Assembly: GCA_964016885.1 (NCBI GenBank)
Contig: OZ024742.1
Span: forward strand, 267,530,001 to 267,594,000
From: Eledone cirrhosa
Taxonomy: Eukaryota
DNA: 64,000 nt
Direction: 5' to 3'
The notes beneath the pieces were generated by a model that did not search any database, was not told where the DNA came from, and saw only the letters and a list, made by a program, of their open reading frames with translations. Position numbers and translations under genes: made by a program. How positions within the stretch are numbered: position 1 is the first letter of the stretch; each line of letters opens with the position of its first letter. Shown here one piece after another: positions 59,540-64,000 of this stretch.

Positions 59540-59820
59540 GCCTGACCGATTTAACTCACTCGATATGCAAATTAGGCTGCTCAGCCGTTAATTTTCATAA
59601 GGAAAGTATATACTTTCGAACGTTCAACTATCTGGCAGAAGGGTATACGGTGCTGATGATAGCTAACAAGCTTGAAACTAGTACATCGTTCCTGTGTCAG
59701 TGTTGAACAAAAAGGTGACGTGGTTGCCTTAACACCGTATGGCATAAATTCAGGCTGTTCAGTTTGTTTACAAACGAACAAAGCGGCGTTATAATAAGCG
59801 TCCGCTAAACTGATACGTGC
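59540..59820 (+). repeat. Monomer of the octamer-HHR unit family (octamer 59565-59572; HHR 59647-59689)
   Basis: ACGGTG-CTGATGA-tAGCT-AACA-AGCTt-GAAAC-TA-GTA-CATCGT. Confidence 0.78.
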
Positions 59821-59845
59821 ATATATCTATGTGTACCTGTATCTA

Positions 59846-59903
<58 letters not shown>

Positions 59904-59956
59904 TGCTACTGTACGTCTGTATACATATATGTATGTACGTATACATACATACTTAC

Positions 59957-60013
<57 letters not shown>

Positions 60014-60044
60014 TATATGTATATATGTATACATATAAGCATAA

Positions 60045-60141
<97 letters not shown>

Positions 60142-60859
60142 TGTTATACTTTGGGAGTGTAATGCTGACAATAAAAACACACACCTGTTGGCTTTCACTT
60201 CAATTTATTATAAAGTTCTGGTTGGTTTGTTGGTTCAATAACCGATCGTTGTTTATATATCGTAAAAGTTCTTTCGTCAAACAATCTGTGATCTACTCAA
60301 TGACTGATTTCTTATTTTGTGATTCACCTTTGTTCTGGCGACACCAAGTAGTTGTTGTGTGCTGTGTTGTTAGTTTGCGAATGCGTTACATCCGTGTGTG
60401 TGTGTTTTAATTCATGTATTTATGTTTATTTACTTGTCCCTTGTTGAAACTTTATTCTATCTGTGTGTCTGGTTTGTTTTATTAGTTAGATTTTTGTGTG
60501 TCTCTGCACGTCTTCAATTTGTAATTGACTACTAGTTATGATTCTGCTACTCCCCTCGCGTTATTTGTTTAATTTTGGTTGGAATTCATTTATGTTTGTC
60601 GCATCTGTAACTTGTCTGAACATTGCATCTTTTGTGTGTGTGGATATAATTTCTATCTCTATGTATTCTTATGTGCCCCTATGCTCCATTTTGGCATGTT
60701 GGTGGAGTACTGATGAGTTTTTCCCAGAATGGATTTCTCGCCAGTTCTCATTTACCCTTTCTCCTATGCTACGTGCTGCCTCACTTATATATATTTTATA
60801 TACTACGTTACTAATGTTGCATTTAGTTTATGGCTTAGCTTTCTGACTATGCATTTCCT

Positions 60860-63800
60860 ATCAGTGCAGGGTGAGGATGGGATGGAGGTTGAAACGCATC
60901 AGCGATATTGCCGAACAAGTCTGGCATGTTTGTGTAAGGTTCGTAGTACAGACCATCTAGCCAGGTGATTTACCTATCGTGCAGTTTGCCATTGTGTCCC
61001 ATATTTCCTCGGCTGTTATCGTTTTTCGTAATACTCCGCCTCCCTCGTCGAGAATCGTGGTAGGCCATCTAGGTAGGCTCTGAAATCGCAGCTATCGTGC
61101 TTAACATTGAATCATTGGTCCAGGGCCAATTTCGCCGCGAGCATGTTGGCTGTGATGCCTTTAGTTAGTACCTTTTCCAGTTTTCTAACTAGATCATTCT
61201 CTACTCAACCTTATCTATTCTGCTCTAATAGCTCTTTTTAGGTTAAACCACCATTTGTTGTTGACTATTGATCCTGTCAACGCTTGCCTAATTAATATAC
61301 TGATCTGCCCGCCGGGAATGACGCGTTAACTTCAAAGTACCCAGCTCCCTGTTTATGAAGCCTATATATATTGACAGCACTTTGACTTGTGGACAACTTA
61401 TACTAGACTTATCTACGTCCCTAAATACGATCTGGATAATGACCCGATGCGATTTGTCTTCTGGATCCAGGAAAATGTTCCGTATTGCACGATCCAGACC
61501 TTTCAGAATGAGACAGCGTCTCAGCTCCCAGATAAGGGAAGGCTTGGAGATGCGTACACCATGCAAGCGCCGAAGATGGGTTAACAAGTACATGCGTTGG
61601 AAATTGTGGTTTAGATGATGACCACCACATCTATGTTTAGTGACCTGAGGTCGTTAAGCAGGTGAACTGGCTTCCAAGACGATCCCAGGCCACGTGCATT
61701 TATACTGCCTATCTTGAAGGAAACCATGTTGGATGAAAAAAAAGTGGCAAAGGCCACATACCTTATTCTTTTGGGGGAAAAGACCGTTGTAGCGTGCCCC
61801 TGGTGAGATGTGAGTTCGTTTGCAAGTATGTCTCCATATATGATTCTGGAGAGTGCCCTTCGGTATTCACCAATTGGCTCTGGAAATTTGTCTTTAAATT
61901 TGTGAACATTTTTTAATCTATGTTTATAATTTTTATGTGTGTGAGCGGCATGAAGTTTTGGGGTGTTATGTGATGTATTTCGAAAATGCTAGTGTTATGT
62001 TGTATGTAGCCAAGTGAATTTTGGTTGCTCAGGTTTATTGCCGTATAGTGTGTTCAAGTTGTATCTTTCTGTTGAATTTGCTTTTATTGTTGTGGGTGTG
62101 GATTTGGTTGGGTTCGGGATGTTTTTAGAGTCTGTGGTGTTTGCTGTGGTGTTAATGGTGTTGGTTGCTGGTGTTGAGGGTAGTGGTAGTGGTGGAGGTG
62201 GAACTGGTGATGGTGGTACTGGTGACGTTGATGTAGGGGCTGGTAATAGTTGTCTTAAGGCTGCAGCTGTTTTGACCACCAGGGAAAATGCTCTCTCCCA
62301 GCTTTCCCCCTCCAATCTACATGCGCATACTCAGAGCAGGCCCATTCTCTCGGGCCATGCTTACCTCTCTCACCCATCCTTTAGCAAATTGATGGGAAGG
62401 AGCATTTCCCTCTGCACCCTTATTTTCCTTTTCAAATGAAATTAGAAAAAAGTTAATTAGGGCATCGCCGAAGAGGTAAGTGCTTGCCTTCAGCCCTATC
62501 AAACGCGTCAACCACACGACCCCTTACGCCATGGCCAGCAGGCAGATAAAAACTGCCTGTCCTTCCCGGCTAAAGGAAGGTACGGTGGCTATGCCAACGA
62601 TGGACTCAGCTGACAGCCGTATCCGTCCTACATGTGACAGTAAGTGTTCGACATAGATCCACAAGTCAGCAATGCTCGGAAACTGGACGAGTGCGTGAAG
62701 GAGTGTTTCGTCACCCTGCGAATATCCCGGAGAGGTCCGGCACTTCCTTGCCCATGGAGTTTATCCCAAACTGCCAAAGTTGCCCGGTAACACTGCCAGG
62801 ACAGTTATTTCTGGAAGTTATCCATGGACCCCAGCCTGTAAGTTCTCGCGAAGATATTCGCTAGTTGATTTTCGACACGCCCAGACTTTTTCAAAGGACG
62901 TCGTTGATATTTCTCTCCACTATGATTTTGCGGTGTCTTTTGTGATGTTAATGGTGGTAGTTGTGGTGGAAGTGGTGATAGTGGTGTAGGTGTTGGTAAT
63001 AGTTGTCTCAAGGCTTTAGCTCTATTTTCTTCTTTGTTAGAGGCTGAAATCAGAGAGTCTTTTTCTCTTTTTCTTGTGAAAGACGGTTTTCCACTCGTTA
63101 CTTTCGTCAGAATTTGTATCCGATTGTGTGAAGTCTGGTATGGGTATGTTTTCCACGCACATGGATGTTGATGTTGGTGGTGTTGCTGCAGCTTCAATCT
63201 CTGTCGTGTTTCCTTCTCTTGCTGTGTGTTGCTGCAGGTTGGGTGTTGGTAATATTGCAAATTTACGTTCTTTTATTCCTTGCTTGGGGCAGAAAGCCCT
63301 TAGATGAATGTTTGCACCGCAGATATGACATCGAGGCCGCCTTCCTGCCACAGCTATGAACAGTTGTGTGCCATTTTGCGGCTTGATGATATCAGGAATC
63401 TTAGCTTTTCCTGATTCATTTGGAACAGAAGCTCCATTCCAGAACCTCTCCAGCTCACCTGGGATGATGTTTGAATTTGGAGGACATTTTCAAAATCCTC
63501 TTCTTCCTCCAGTATCTGCTACAAGAGAGGATATTTTTATTTCGGGCGGAACATTTTACATTGTAATCTGTGTTACATATTTGTTCATATATGTCGGGAT
63601 CAGCAGGATCCCGACATATATGAACAATTCTTATTCTTTAAAGGTTTAGCAGTGTGTGCCTTCGCTTAGATTTTCGACCATCACTTTGCCACCATCACTT
63701 CTATCCTGCCACACTCCCTTCCTCTCGAGACAAAGGATCCTTTTCATATCTCACTTATTATATGTTGCGCTTCCTGCATAGAGGGTCGCCTCCGGCGTAT

Positions 63801-64000
63801 TATATGGAGATCTACACATTTATAGATACTTATACATTTCTGCTAGTTTTACTTTTATACCGTTTTTTAAATAAGAAACTTCGCTTCTCTGAAGGTAGTT
63901 AACTCCACCCCTTTGCTTGCGGCTGTCTTTGCGGCGACACTGTATTTACTTTTTCTTTGGTATCAATGTTGTTTTTGCTGTTGTTTTTATCGCCAATATT
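60860..64000 (-). mobile_element. Rearranged Tx1-clade LINE relics
   Basis: ORF1 knuckle GRRPRCHICGANIHLRAFCP (about 63350-63290), ORF2 C-terminal piece (about 62860-62300), ORF2 start MVSFKIGSINARGLG at 61727. Confidence 0.8.

Noticed and set aside
60700-60750. CTGATGAG motif as a hammerhead
   Set aside because: GAAA core and stem III not recoverable

Overview
AT-rich, microsatellite-saturated eukaryotic DNA, probably an invertebrate (cephalopod-like repeat landscape; inference). No identifiable host gene. It is almost entirely retroelement debris: seven Naiad-type Penelope-like elements (PLEs; RT plus C-terminal GIY-YIG), three Neptune-type PLE fragments, three Tx1/L1-clade LINE relics, an RTE-type LINE with a 5' inversion, an R4/Dong-type fragment in (TAA)n, a Helitron 3' end and SINE-like repeats. 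The main signal is non-coding. By eye there are about 30 intact, degenerate or partial type I hammerhead ribozyme (HHR) motifs. These include a 465-bp head-to-tail retrozyme-like array (1-2550) with an internal inversion and diverged relatives elsewhere. All share an octamer (ATGCAAAT) - TATA-like - HHR - TGTTTAC layout. Several HHRs carry 60-90 nt stem II insertions, and many inversion or fold-back breakpoints fall inside the ribozymes. All calls are by eye; no searches or folding programs were run.
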